Shown piece by piece: positions 6,137 to 16,112 of a stretch of 16,943 bases of DNA (position 1 is its first letter; every line of letters starts with the position of its first letter). The position numbers and the translations under genes are program-made. Source of the DNA: Candidatus Methylomirabilia bacterium (GTDB taxonomy: Bacteria; Methylomirabilota; Methylomirabilia; Rokubacteriales; CSP1-6); contig JBGPXN010000091.1 of the NCBI GenBank assembly GCA_041492755.1, positions 1 through 16,943 of the forward strand, in the 5' to 3' direction. The notes under the pieces were generated by a model. It was not told the DNA's origin. It saw nothing but the letters and a program-made list of their open reading frames with translations, and ran no database searches.

Positions 6137-9100
6137 ATGACCGCTCCCTGTGCCGGCTGCGGCTTCGCGCTGCCGCCCGACTTCGCCTTCTGCCCGAAGT
6201 GCGGGCGGAAGCAGTCCTCGGTCTGCCCGGCGTGCGGCTCGGCGTGCCCGCCCGACTTCGCCTTCTGCCCGCGGTGCGGGACCCCGCTCGCCCCCGCGCC
6301 GGTGTCCGGCACGACGCAGTCGGCTGCGCCGGCGACGGCGGGCGCGCGCGCGACCGGGACGGCGCCTCCACGCCCGGTCTCGGCCGCGACCGGGACATCA
6401 CAGACCCAGGCGGCGACCGACGGCGCCGAAGCCGACCGCCGGCTCGTGAGCGTGCTCTTCGCCGACCTCTCCGGTTTTACCGCGCTGAGCGAGCGCCTGG
6501 ACCCGGAGGACGTGCGGGCATTCCAGAACGATTTGTTCAAGGCGCTGGCGGCGGTGGTGGAGCAATTCGACGGCTTCGTCGAGAAGTTCGTGGGCGACGC
6601 CGTCATGGCGGTGTTCGGCGCTCCGGTCGCCCACGAAGACGATCCCGAGCGCGCGTTGCGCGCCGCGCTCGCGATGCGGGAGCGGATGGAGGCGATCAAC
6701 CGGCGCTGGGAACCGTGCTTCGGCGCGCCGGTGGCCTTGCACATCGGCGTCAACACGGGGCCAGTGGTGGCGGGCAACCTCGGCGCGGCTTCGGGCACCG
6801 CCTACGCCGTCACGGGCGACACCGTCAACACCGCCGCCCGCCTCCAGCACGCCGCGGAGCCAGGGCAAATTCTGGTGACGCAGACAACCTATCACTTGAC
6901 CGAGCACCTGTTCGCCTTCGAGCCGCTCGGGCCGATGCCGTTCAAGGGGAAGGCGGAGCCGGTGCCGGTGTACCGGCTGCTCGGTGTGCGGGATGCGCCG
7001 CGATCGGCGCGCGGGCTGGAAGCCCTCGGCCTGGCCGCGCCGCTGGTGGGGCGCGCCGGCGAGCTGGCGCAGCTCCGTGCCGCATTCGAGCGGGCGCGTC
7101 GCGGCCGCGCCCAGGTCGTAACGCTGGTGGGGGAAGCGGGCGCGGGCAAGTCACGACTCGTCGCGGAGTTCCTGTCGGCCGCGGCCGCCGAAGGCGCGCT
7201 CGAGCGCGTGACCGTTCGGCGCGCCGCCTGCGCATCCTTGGGGGAGCATACCTACGGCGTGCTCGCAGCCTTCTTCCGCGAGGCCTACGGCGTGCGCGCG
7301 GACGACACGCTGGAAGTCGCACAGGGCAAACTCATGGAGAGCCTCCGCGCGCTCGGGGCCGGCGAGGCCGAGACGGCTGGCGTCGCGCCGCTGGTTGGCT
7401 ACGTCCTCGGGCTCGAGTCGGGTCAGGTGCTGCGCCACCTGGCGCCGGAGCAGCTCCAGCGTCAGATCGTGGCGGCGGCGCGCACGCTGTTCGAGCGGCG
7501 GCTGCAGCAGGGGCCGCTCCTGCTCGTGGTCGAGGACCTCCACTGGGCGGACAGCGCGTCCGTCGATCTCCTGCGCCACGTGATGGAGCGGCTCGCCGAC
7601 CGCGAGGTGATGCTGCTCGCGACTCACCGGCCCGCGTTCGAGGGCCGGCGCCTCCTCACGAGCCGAGCCGACCACACCGCCATCCGCCTCGCCCCGCTCA
7701 CCGAGGACGACAGCGCCGCGCTGCTGGCGGGACTCTTCGGCGCCTCGGTCGAGCGCTTACCGGCACGCCTGCGTGAGCTCATCGTCGCTCGGGCCGGCGG
7801 TAATCCGTTCTACATCGAGGAGGTCGTGCGCGCCCTCGTCGCCGACGGCGTGCTCGTGCGCGACGCCGATGGCTGGCGCTGTCGCGACGATGCCGCCGGC
7901 ATCGACATCCCGCCGACGATCCAGGGTCTGCTGCTCTCGCGGCTCGACCGGCTGCCTGCCGTGGCCCGTCGAGTACTCCAGATCGCGGCGGTGATCGGGT
8001 CCGTCGTGGATGGCCGGCTGCTGACGGCAGTTGGCGGCGCGGAGGCGTTGGCCGGCGAGTCGATCGACGTCCTGCACGACGCCGAGCTGCTCTACGAGGC
8101 GGAGGCCGGCGCGAGTAGCGAGCGGCCGTACCGGTTCGGCCATGCGCTGGTGCAGGAGGCCGTGTACCAGAACATGCTGGTGAGCCGCCGTGCCGAGCTG
8201 CACGAGCGGGTTGGCCGGGCTCTGGAAACGCTGTGTGGTCCGAGCCCCGATCGCCTGGAGGACGTCGTCGCGCTCGGCCATCACTGGAGCCACAGCGGAG
8301 ACAGGCGCAAGGGTGCGCGGTATCTCCTCGCGGCGGGGGACTGGGCCCGCAGCATCTACGCCAACGACGACGCGATCCGCCACTACGAGCGCGCCCTCGG
8401 TATTCTCGAGGAATGCGGCGCGCCGGCGGTGGAGACCGCCGTCGTGCGCGAGGGCCTCGGCGACCTGCTCTCCCCGCTCGGACGACGCGCGGCCGCGCGC
8501 GATCAGTACGAGACGGCACAGCGCGCGCACGCCGCCAGCAGCGACCGCGGCCCCGAGGCCCGGCTTCTGCGCAAGCTCGGCGGCCTCTACTGGGACGGCG
8601 GCGATCGCGAGCGCGCGCTCGCCTGCTTCGAGCGCGGTCTCGTGCTGCTCGAAGGGCACCCCGGCCACATCGAGCTCGCGCACCTCTATCAGGAGCTCGG
8701 GCGCCTGGCCTTCCGCAGCGGCGACAACCAGCGCGCGATCGAGCTGGCGGAAAAGGCGCTGGAGCGGGCGCGGCCGCTCGTGGCCGGCGACGGTGAGGAC
8801 GCGCGGGAGGCGGCGCGCGTGATCGCCCACGCCTACAACACGCTCGGCGTGGCGCTCGCGCGCACCGACCGCCTGCCGGAAGCCGTCACGCACATCGAGC
8901 AGAGCATCGCCGTCGCCCTCGACAAGGGCCTGCTGCAGGCGGCCTGTCGCGGCTACACGAACCTCGGCGTGCTCTACAGCACGCTCGATCCCCGCCGCAG
9001 CATCGAGACCTGCCTGAGCGGCCTCGAGACCGCGAAGAAGATCGGCGATCTCGGCGTGCAGTCGCGCCTCTACGCCAACCTCGCCGTCGCGTATTGCGCA

Positions 9101-9454
9101 CTGACCGACCGGTGTGAGGACGAGGGCATCGCGGCCGCGCGCACCTCCATCGAGCTCGACCGCCAGCTCGCTCAGCTCGACCATCTCGCCGTCCCGCTCA
9201 TCATCCTGGGCCAGATCCATCAGTGCCACGGCCAGCCCGACGTCGCCCTTGCCTACTACCGCGAGGCCCTCGATCTCGCCGAGCAGGCGGGCGACCCGCA
9301 GCTCCTCTTTCCCTGTTACGACGGCCTCGCCACCGTCCACATCGATCGGGGCGACGATGCCGAGGCCGAGGAATACATGCGCAAGGCCCAGGCCGTGTGC
9401 GAGCGCGCCGGCGTGGACCCGGACTCGCTGGCCGTCCTGCCGTTCCTGGACTAG
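6137..9454 (+). CDS. Double zinc ribbon + class III adenylate/guanylate cyclase + AAA (STAND) ATPase + TPR protein
   Basis: Four CxxC pairs; LFADLSGFT, EKFVGDAVMAVFG, GDTVNTAARL; Walker A GEAGAGKS; Walker B VVEDLHWAD; GNPFYIEE; C-terminal TPR-like helices. Confidence 0.95.
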   Translation: MTAPCAGCGFALPPDFAFCPKCGRKQSSVCPACGSACPPDFAFCPRCGTPLAPAPVSGTTQSAAPATAGARATGTAPPRPVSAATGTSQTQAATDGAEADRRLVSVLFADLSGFTALSERLDPEDVRAFQNDLFKALAAVVEQFDGFVEKFVGDAVMAVFGAPVAHEDDPERALRAALAMRERMEAINRRWEPCFGAPVALHIGVNTGPVVAGNLGAASGTAYAVTGDTVNTAARLQHAAEPGQILVTQTTYHLTEHLFAFEPLGPMPFKGKAEPVPVYRLLGVRDAPRSARGLEALGLAAPLVGRAGELAQLRAAFERARRGRAQVVTLVGEAGAGKSRLVAEFLSAAAAEGALERVTVRRAACASLGEHTYGVLAAFFREAYGVRADDTLEVAQGKLMESLRALGAGEAETAGVAPLVGYVLGLESGQVLRHLAPEQLQRQIVAAARTLFERRLQQGPLLLVVEDLHWADSASVDLLRHVMERLADREVMLLATHRPAFEGRRLLTSRADHTAIRLAPLTEDDSAALLAGLFGASVERLPARLRELIVARAGGNPFYIEEVVRALVADGVLVRDADGWRCRDDAAGIDIPPTIQGLLLSRLDRLPAVARRVLQIAAVIGSVVDGRLLTAVGGAEALAGESIDVLHDAELLYEAEAGASSERPYRFGHALVQEAVYQNMLVSRRAELHERVGRALETLCGPSPDRLEDVVALGHHWSHSGDRRKGARYLLAAGDWARSIYANDDAIRHYERALGILEECGAPAVETAVVREGLGDLLSPLGRRAAARDQYETAQRAHAASSDRGPEARLLRKLGGLYWDGGDRERALACFERGLVLLEGHPGHIELAHLYQELGRLAFRSGDNQRAIELAEKALERARPLVAGDGEDAREAARVIAHAYNTLGVALARTDRLPEAVTHIEQSIAVALDKGLLQAACRGYTNLGVLYSTLDPRRSIETCLSGLETAKKIGDLGVQSRLYANLAVAYCALTDRCEDEGIAAARTSIELDRQLAQLDHLAVPLIILGQIHQCHGQPDVALAYYREALDLAEQAGDPQLLFPCYDGLATVHIDRGDDAEAEEYMRKAQAVCERAGVDPDSLAVLPFLD

Positions 9455-9552
9455 TTTGCTCGCCCGCGCGGACTCATCGCGACGCGCCCTTCATGAGCGA
9501 CCCGGAGGGACCGATACCTGATTCCGGAATCGCTCCCGCCACACTCCGCGCA

Positions 9553-9581
9553 TTGAACTCCTGGGCCCGCGGCGCTACCCT
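9553..9581 (+). promoter_or_regulatory. Candidate sigma-70 promoter of the molybdoenzyme operon
   Basis: TTGAAC-N17-TACCCT, followed by RBS GGAGG at 9602-9606. Confidence 0.4.
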
Positions 9582-9611
9582 CCCGTCGCGTAGGAACCAA
9601 GGGAGGACGCC

Positions 9612-10079
9612 ATGGCCAGTTTCACGTTGCGCGTCAACGGTGAGCGGCGGACGGTCGCGGTCGAGCCGGATACGCCGCTGCTCTACGTGCTCCGAAATGA
9701 CTTCGAGCTGAACGGGCCGAAGTTCGGCTGCGGGCTCGCGCAGTGCGGCGCGTGCTCGGTGCTGGTGGACGGCAAGGAAGTGCGCTCGTGCGTGACGCCG
9801 GTCTCGGCGGCCGCCACCGGGCGGATCACGACCATCGAGGGCCTCGGCACCCTCGAGAAGCTCCATCCCCTGCAGCGCGCGTTCATCGAGGAGCAGGCCT
9901 GCCAGTGCGGCTTCTGCGGCAGCGGCATGGTGATGGCGGCCAAGGCGCTCTTGGATCGGAACCCGAGCCCGACCAACCACGACGTGCGGCAGGCGCTCAA
10001 CGGCCATCTGTGCCGCTGCGCCTCGCACAATCGCATCGTGCGCGCCGTGCAGCGCGCCGCCAAGGAGATGCGGTCATGA
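9612..10079 (+). CDS. 2x[2Fe-2S] small subunit of a xanthine-oxidase-family oxidoreductase (IorA/NicA/CoxS-like)
   Basis: GPKFGCGLAQCGACSV...SC, QCGFCGSG, HLCRC. Confidence 0.95.
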   Translation: MASFTLRVNGERRTVAVEPDTPLLYVLRNDFELNGPKFGCGLAQCGACSVLVDGKEVRSCVTPVSAAATGRITTIEGLGTLEKLHPLQRAFIEEQACQCGFCGSGMVMAAKALLDRNPSPTNHDVRQALNGHLCRCASHNRIVRAVQRAAKEMRS

Positions 10080-12283
10080 GCGGGTCCCGTCGCGACTTCA
10101 TCACGCTGAGCGGCTCGCTCGTCGTCGGGTTCGCGCTCGCTCCGAAGTGGGCACTCGCGCAGGACCGGCCGCGGCTACCGGGGAGCCTCAATACGAACCG
10201 GAGACTCGAGGCCTGGATTTCCATCGAGCCGAACGGCCGGGTGACGATCTTCACGGGCAAGATCGAGCTGGGGCAGGGCATCGGCACCGCGCTGTCGCAG
10301 ATCGCCGCCGACGAGCTGGACGTCCACCTCGACCGCATCGACGTCGTGCACGGCGACACCGCGCGCACGCCGAACGAAGGCCAGACCGCGGGCAGCCTCT
10401 CGGTCGAGCAGAGCGGGACCGCGCTTCGTTTCGCGTGTGCCGAAGCCCGCGACATCCTCCTCTCGGCCGCCGCGACCAAGCTCGGCGTCCCGGCCGCGGA
10501 GCTCAAGGTGAGCGACGGAACCGTCATCGCGCCCGGCGGAAAGAGCGCCACCTACTGGGACCTCGTCGGCGCCGCCGACCTCAAGCGCGAGGCGAGCGGG
10601 AAGGTGACGCCGAAGCCCGCCGGCGGGTACACGTGGGTCGGCAAGAGCGTCGCCCGTCGCGACATCCCGAAGAAGTTCACCGGCGGCGCCGCGTACGTGC
10701 AGGACGTCCGGCGGCCCGGCATGGTGTTCGGGCGGGTCGTTCGTCCCCCCTCGCCCGGCGCGCAGCTCACGTCGGTGGACGAGGCGCGCGTGCGGAGCAT
10801 GCCCGGCGTGGTCGCGGTCGTGCGTGATGGGAGCTTCCTCGGCGTCGCCGCGGTCCGCGAAGAGCAGGCGATCCGCGCGCGCGACGCGCTCAAGCAGAGC
10901 GCCAAGTGGAAGGAAACGGAATCGCTTCCGCCGTCGGGCGATGCGCTCTACCGTCACCTCATGAGCGCGACGGTGCCGGCGCAGACGGTGACCGACAAGG
11001 CGTCGGCCACCGCCGCGGCGCCGGTGAAGACCCTCGACGCACTCTACACGCGCCCCTACCAGGCTCATGCCTCGATCGGCCCATCGTGCGCGGTCGCGCA
11101 GTGGCAGGACGGCGCGCTCACGGTGTGGACGCACAGCCAGGGCGTGTTCCCCCTGCGCGCGGATCTTGCCAAGGCGTTCGGCATCGATCCCAAGCAGATC
11201 CGCTGCATCCACGCGGAAGGCGCGGGCTGCTACGGCCACAACGGCGCCGACGACGTCGTCCTCGACGCCGCGCTGGTCGCGCGCGCCACCGGTGGCAAGC
11301 CGGTGAAGCTCCAGTGGATGCGTGAGGACGAGTTCGCATGGGAGCCGTATGGCTCGGCCATGGTGATGAAGCTCGCCGGCGGCATCGACGCCCAGGGCAA
11401 CGTCGTCACGTGGTCGCACGAGCTGTGGAGCCATCCCCACAACACGCGGCCGGGCGCCACGGCGGGGGTGAACCTGCTCGCGGCGCGCTACCTCGCCAAG
11501 CCGCTGGACCCGGGGCTGCCGCCGGACGTGCCGCAGCCGACGGGCGGCGCCGACCGCAACTCGATCCCGCTGTACGACTTCGGCAACGTGAAGGTGACCA
11601 AGCACTACATCGCCGCGGCGCCGCTGCGGACGTCCGCGCTCCGCACGCTCGGCGGCTACGCGAACGTCTTCGCGCTCGAGTCGTTCGTCGACGAGCTGGC
11701 CGCGGCGGCCGGCGCCGACCCGGTGGAGTTCCGCCTGCGCCACACGAAGGACGCGCGCATCCGCGCCGTCATCGAGGCGGCGGCGCAGCGCGCGAGCTGG
11801 CGGCCGAACGCCAAGAGTGCCGGCGACGGCGGACGGGGCTTCGCGTTCTCCCGCTACAAGAACCTCGGCTGCTACTGCGCGACCGTGGCCGATGTCCACG
11901 TCGACCGCAAGACCGGGCGCGTCCGCGTCACGAAGGTCGTGGCCGCGGTCGATGCGGGACAGATCGTCAACCCGGACGGGGTCGTGAACCAGATCGAGGG
12001 CGGCATCATCCAATCGGCGAGCTGGACACTCAAGGAGTCGGTGCGCTTCGATCGGACCCGGGTCACCACGCGCTCGTGGGCCGAGTATCCGATCCTGCGC
12101 TTCGACGAGGTGCCCGAGGTCCAGGTCGTGCTCCTCGATCGCCCGAGCGAGCGCTTCCTCGGCGTCGGCGAGGGCGCGCAGGGCCCGGCCGCCGCCGCCA
12201 TCGCCAACGCGATCGCGCACGCGACCGGCAAGCGCCTGCGCGCGCTCCCGTTCACCCCCGAGCGCGTGAAGCAGGCGCTGTGA
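10076..12283 (+). CDS. Molybdopterin-binding large subunit (IorB/NicB-like) with Tat signal, 735 aa
   Basis: ATGA overlap with the small-subunit stop; SRRDF twin-arginine signal ending ALA; motifs GKIELGQGI, GQTAGSLS, GCYGHNGADD, VNPDGVVNQIEGG, GVGE, RLRALPFTPERV. Confidence 0.95.
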   Translation: MSGSRRDFITLSGSLVVGFALAPKWALAQDRPRLPGSLNTNRRLEAWISIEPNGRVTIFTGKIELGQGIGTALSQIAADELDVHLDRIDVVHGDTARTPNEGQTAGSLSVEQSGTALRFACAEARDILLSAAATKLGVPAAELKVSDGTVIAPGGKSATYWDLVGAADLKREASGKVTPKPAGGYTWVGKSVARRDIPKKFTGGAAYVQDVRRPGMVFGRVVRPPSPGAQLTSVDEARVRSMPGVVAVVRDGSFLGVAAVREEQAIRARDALKQSAKWKETESLPPSGDALYRHLMSATVPAQTVTDKASATAAAPVKTLDALYTRPYQAHASIGPSCAVAQWQDGALTVWTHSQGVFPLRADLAKAFGIDPKQIRCIHAEGAGCYGHNGADDVVLDAALVARATGGKPVKLQWMREDEFAWEPYGSAMVMKLAGGIDAQGNVVTWSHELWSHPHNTRPGATAGVNLLAARYLAKPLDPGLPPDVPQPTGGADRNSIPLYDFGNVKVTKHYIAAAPLRTSALRTLGGYANVFALESFVDELAAAAGADPVEFRLRHTKDARIRAVIEAAAQRASWRPNAKSAGDGGRGFAFSRYKNLGCYCATVADVHVDRKTGRVRVTKVVAAVDAGQIVNPDGVVNQIEGGIIQSASWTLKESVRFDRTRVTTRSWAEYPILRFDEVPEVQVVLLDRPSERFLGVGEGAQGPAAAAIANAIAHATGKRLRALPFTPERVKQAL

Positions 12284-12313
12284 ATGCTCCTCGTGCGGGA
12301 TCCTCATGACACG

Positions 12314-15300
12314 TCACGACACGGCGTCGAGCAGCGTCTTCGCGTCCTTGAGATCCGCGGTGTCGAAGCCTTCGGTGAACCAGCCGTAGACGTCGGCGAG
12401 GAGACGTCGGGCGTCCTCGCGCTTGCCCTGCCGCTGCCAGAGCCGGCTCAGGCTCGACGCGGCGCGTAGCTCCCAGGACTTCGTGCCCTGCCGCCGCGCG
12501 ATGTCGATCGCCTGACGGAACGCGATCTCCGCGTCCGGCGCGGCCACCGGGTCGCGCGCGAGCAGCAGTTCTCCCCTGAGCCGATACAGATCGGCTTCCA
12601 GGACCGGTGAGCCCGTCTCGTCCGCTATTCCCAGGGCCGTGGCCACCGTGTCGAGGCCCTCCGCCGTCTCCCCGTGCTGCAGCTGGGTCGACGCGAGCAG
12701 CCAGAGGAAGTACGGCCAGTAGAGATCGTTCCCGGTCGCGCGGTAGGCGGCGATGTCGCCGCGAAGCCGCGCGATGGGAGTCTCCCCATGGCCTTCCTGG
12801 GTCTGGACCCAGCCCTCGAGAATCCGACCGAACGCCAGCCATTGCTGGAACCCGTGCTCGGTCGAGAGCGCGATCAGGGATTCGCCCACCTCCCGGGTCG
12901 CGTCGACGTCGCCCCGGAGCTGGTGGAGCATGCCCGCGAACGGCAGCGCATTGACGACGGTGCCGACGTGGGCCAGCTCCGTGGCCAGAGCCATCCCGGC
13001 GCGGCTGCGCTCGACCGCGGCCCGCGGGTACCCGAGGAACCAGAGCGCCAGCCCCGAATGCATCCGGCAACACACGTCCGCATCGTGGCCGCCGTAGAGG
13101 AAGGCCAGCGACCGGTCCTGCTCCCGATCGTAGAGGGCCATGCCCTGCTCGCCGTGCCGCCGCGTCCCCGCCGGGTCGCCCACCCAGAGCGTGCTCGGCG
13201 ACATGGCGTGGTGCGCCTCGAGGAGGAGCGCCCGATCGCCCAGCCGCTCGGCGAGGGCGAGCAGCTCGCCGCAGACGCGGCGGCCCTCCCCGAATCGTCC
13301 CCGCCCCATGGTATGCAGCCAGAGCCCCCACAGCGCCTGGAACAGCTCGGGAGGCTCCCCGAGCTGCCGGCACAGGTCGCGCGCCCGCGAGTACGTCCGC
13401 TCGACCTCGGGCACGCCGAAGCCTCGCGTCGCCTGGAGCGCGGGGCCGAGGGCGAGGAGCAGCCGTAGCTCCCGCCGCATCTGCTCGGGGCCGGGCGACA
13501 ATCGCCCGACCAGCTCGAGCCCCCGCGTGAAGTGGGTGATGGCCTCGACGTTCGTCGAGCGCCGGGACGCCTTGGCGCCCGCCTCGTGGAGGTAGGCGAC
13601 GGCCTTCTCCCAGACCTCGCCCCGGGCGGCGTGATGGGCGAGCTGTTCGACCTGCTCGCCCAGGCGGTCGGCGTAGAGCCGCTCGATCGCCTCGACGATC
13701 CGCGCGTGGAGCGTGCGGCGGCGGTCGCCGAGGAGGGTCCCGTACGCGACCTCGTGCGTCAGCGCGTGCTTGAAGGTGTGCTCGAGCTCCGGGAAGAGGT
13801 TCGTCTCGTACAGGAACTCCGCGGCCTGGAGCTGGACGAGGTGGTGGCGGAGCTGCTCGTCGGGCAGCCCGGCGATGGCCTGGAGCAACCCGAAGGGCAC
13901 GTCCGTGCCGATGACCGAGGCGGCCTGGAGCACGGCCTTCTCCTCGGCTTGCAGCCGATCGATCCGGGCCGCGAGCAGGGCCTTCACCGTCGCCGGCACC
14001 TCGATCGTGCTGAGCGGCCGCTGCAGGCGGTAGCCTCCCCGGTCGCCCACGAGCACCTTCGTCTCGACGAGCATCCGGACGCTCTCCTCGAGGAAGAACG
14101 GCGTCCCCTCCGTCCGGTGGACCAGCACCGCCTTCAACGGCTGCACCGTCGCGTCGTCCCCGAGGAGGGCGTCGAGCAGCTCGTGCGCGCTCGCCGCGGG
14201 CAGCGGGTCGATCCGGAGCTGGCGGTAGTACGTCTTGGATCCCCAGGTGTGCTGGTACTCCGGACGGTAGTTGGCGAGGAGGAGGACGCGCGCGGCGGGG
14301 AGGCTCTCGACCAGCGCGTCCACGAGGGCCTGCGTCTCCGCGTCGATCCAGTGCAGGTCCTCGAACAGCACCACGAGGGGCTGGATCTGGCTCTCGCGCA
14401 GGAGCAGCCGCTTCACGCCGTCGAGGGTCTGCTGGCGCCGCTGCGGGGGATCGAGGCGCTCCCACTGCGGATCGTCGGCGGCGACGTCGAGGAGCCAGAG
14501 GAAGGCCGCCATGAAGGGCTCGAGGGTCCGGTCGAGGGACAGGAGCCGGCCCGTCACCTTCTCCCGCACCATCCGGGCGTCGTCCCGGCCCTCGATCCGG
14601 AAGTAGCCCTTCAGCAGCTCGATGACGGGCAGGTACGCCGCCGCCTTGCCGTACGACACCGACATGCTCTCGATGACCAGACAGTCCTGGACGCGGTGCG
14701 AGTGAGCGAACTCGTAGTACAGGCGGGACTTTCCGACGCCGGGCTCGCCGACCACCGCGACGACCTGGCCATGGCCGGCCTTCGCGTGATCGAGGGCCTG
14801 GACGAGCTGCTCCATCTCGCCCGTTCGGCCGACGAACTTCGTCAGCCCCCGCGCCGCCGCCGCGGCGAAGCGCGACCGCACGGTGGACGCGCCGAGGATC
14901 TCGTACACCTCGATGGGGTCCGCCAGGCCCTTCACCGGCGTCGGACCGATGGATCGGACCTCGATATAGCCCTCGGCGAGGGCGAGGGTGTCGGGCGTGA
15001 GCAAGGTCGCCCCCGGATTTGCGAGCTGCTCCATGCGGGCGGCGAGATGCGTGGTCTGGCCCACCGCCGTGTAGTCCATGCGCAGGTCCGAGCCGATCGC
15101 GCGGACGACCACGTCGCCGGAGTTCAGGCCGACGCGGATGCGGATGGGCACCCCCTCGACCCGCCGGACGCCATCGCTGTACCGCTTCACCGACTCCTGC
15201 ATGCGGAGGGCGGCGTAGCAGGCCCGCACTGCGTGGTCCTCGTGGGCGAGCGGCGCGCCGAACAGCGCCATGATGCCGTCGCCCATGACCTGGTTCACCG

Positions 15301-15682
15301 TCCCCTCGTAGCGATGCACGGCCTCCATCATGTGCTCGAGGACGGGATCGAGGATCTTGCGCGCTTCCTCGGGGTCGCGGTCGGCGAGCAATTCCATCGA
15401 CCCCTTCAGGTCGGCGAAGAGCACGGTCACCTGCTTGCGCTCGCCTTCCAGCGCGCTCCGCGAGGTGAGGATGCGCTCGGCGAGGTGCTTGGGCGTGTAG
15501 CTGTCGGGCGCGCGCGCGGGGCCGGCCGCGGCGGCGAGCGGCTGGCCGCAGGCATTGCAGAAGCGGCTCGTGGCCGGGTTCCGCTGCCCGCACGCGCCGC
15601 AGACCGCCTCCAGCCGCTGGCCACAGCCGTTGCAGAACCGCGCGTCGGCGGGGTTGTCGTGGGCGCACTGCGGACAGCGCAC
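12314..15682 (-). CDS. Double zinc ribbon + class III cyclase-like + AAA (STAND) ATPase + TPR protein
   Basis: CPQC/CNGC/CGAC/CNAC; LFADLKGS, MGDGIMALFGAP, GQTTHLAARM; GEPGVGKS; LFEDLHWID; C-terminal WELRAA...YGWFTEGFDTADL. RBS GGAGG before GTG. Confidence 0.95.
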   Translation of the reverse strand: MRCPQCAHDNPADARFCNGCGQRLEAVCGACGQRNPATSRFCNACGQPLAAAAGPARAPDSYTPKHLAERILTSRSALEGERKQVTVLFADLKGSMELLADRDPEEARKILDPVLEHMMEAVHRYEGTVNQVMGDGIMALFGAPLAHEDHAVRACYAALRMQESVKRYSDGVRRVEGVPIRIRVGLNSGDVVVRAIGSDLRMDYTAVGQTTHLAARMEQLANPGATLLTPDTLALAEGYIEVRSIGPTPVKGLADPIEVYEILGASTVRSRFAAAAARGLTKFVGRTGEMEQLVQALDHAKAGHGQVVAVVGEPGVGKSRLYYEFAHSHRVQDCLVIESMSVSYGKAAAYLPVIELLKGYFRIEGRDDARMVREKVTGRLLSLDRTLEPFMAAFLWLLDVAADDPQWERLDPPQRRQQTLDGVKRLLLRESQIQPLVVLFEDLHWIDAETQALVDALVESLPAARVLLLANYRPEYQHTWGSKTYYRQLRIDPLPAASAHELLDALLGDDATVQPLKAVLVHRTEGTPFFLEESVRMLVETKVLVGDRGGYRLQRPLSTIEVPATVKALLAARIDRLQAEEKAVLQAASVIGTDVPFGLLQAIAGLPDEQLRHHLVQLQAAEFLYETNLFPELEHTFKHALTHEVAYGTLLGDRRRTLHARIVEAIERLYADRLGEQVEQLAHHAARGEVWEKAVAYLHEAGAKASRRSTNVEAITHFTRGLELVGRLSPGPEQMRRELRLLLALGPALQATRGFGVPEVERTYSRARDLCRQLGEPPELFQALWGLWLHTMGRGRFGEGRRVCGELLALAERLGDRALLLEAHHAMSPSTLWVGDPAGTRRHGEQGMALYDREQDRSLAFLYGGHDADVCCRMHSGLALWFLGYPRAAVERSRAGMALATELAHVGTVVNALPFAGMLHQLRGDVDATREVGESLIALSTEHGFQQWLAFGRILEGWVQTQEGHGETPIARLRGDIAAYRATGNDLYWPYFLWLLASTQLQHGETAEGLDTVATALGIADETGSPVLEADLYRLRGELLLARDPVAAPDAEIAFRQAIDIARRQGTKSWELRAASSLSRLWQRQGKREDARRLLADVYGWFTEGFDTADLKDAKTLLDAVS

Positions 15683-15719
15683 GGCTCGACCTCCCGGTTC
15701 CTCTAGCGCAGGTATATCG

Positions 15720-16112
15720 CTATCCCGATGTCCTCATGGCGGCAAGCCATGCGCCGAGCGTCGCGGCGTGTTCGGACAGACGGGAGTCGAGGTCGCGGGC
15801 GACGGCTTCGCGGTACACGTGCACCACGAGGTTGCGATCGTCGGCCATCCGCAACGCCGCTGCGGCTTGCTCGTCGGTGACGAGCCCGATCCGCCGAGAC
15901 GCGCGGATGGCCTGTTTCGGAGACCCCGCGTCTACCCCTTCGTGCTCGTACAGGTATCGCTGCGCGGTCTTCCACACGGCCTCGAACGTATAGGTGAACC
16001 GCATGATGGCGGCATCGCGCTCGACGACGGAGCGGTCGGCGCGGCGAACGAGCTCGTTGAAGCTCGCGAGGGCGGTCTCGGCCTCGGCGAGCCGTTCGCT
16101 CAGCCTTTCCAC
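15720..16112 (-). CDS. hepT: HI0074-family nucleotidyltransferase substrate-binding / HEPN (HepT-like) toxin
   Basis: RDAAIMRFTYTFEAVWK, SPKQAIR, and the Rx4HxY motif RNLVVHVY. Overlaps the upstream MNT gene. Confidence 0.88.
   Translation of the reverse strand: MERLSERLAEAETALASFNELVRRADRSVVERDAAIMRFTYTFEAVWKTAQRYLYEHEGVDAGSPKQAIRASRRIGLVTDEQAAAALRMADDRNLVVHVYREAVARDLDSRLSEHAATLGAWLAAMRTSG

Noticed and set aside
6173..6271. 24-bp exact direct repeat CCGCCCGACTTCGCCTTCTGCCCG (6173-6196 and 6248-6271)
   Set aside because: It encodes the duplicated PPDFAFCP of the double zinc ribbon and has only two copies, so it is not a CRISPR array or DGR.
9743..10075. N-terminal extension of the molybdoenzyme large subunit in the ORF track
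   Set aside because: It overlaps the Fe-S gene. The ATGA coupling and Tat signal place the start at 10076.
10175..12307. 710-aa minus-strand ORF, and similar long ORFs at 7757-9340, 13532-15706, 12252-15668 and 6199-7776
   Set aside because: These are antisense or alternate-frame shadows of well-supported genes in high-GC DNA. They are Arg/Gly/Pro-rich and lack motifs.
12304..12323. 10-bp tandem TCATGACACG/TCACGACACG at the stop of the minus-strand STAND gene
   Set aside because: It is too short and has no matching copy at the other end of the gene, so it cannot be supported as a target-site duplication.
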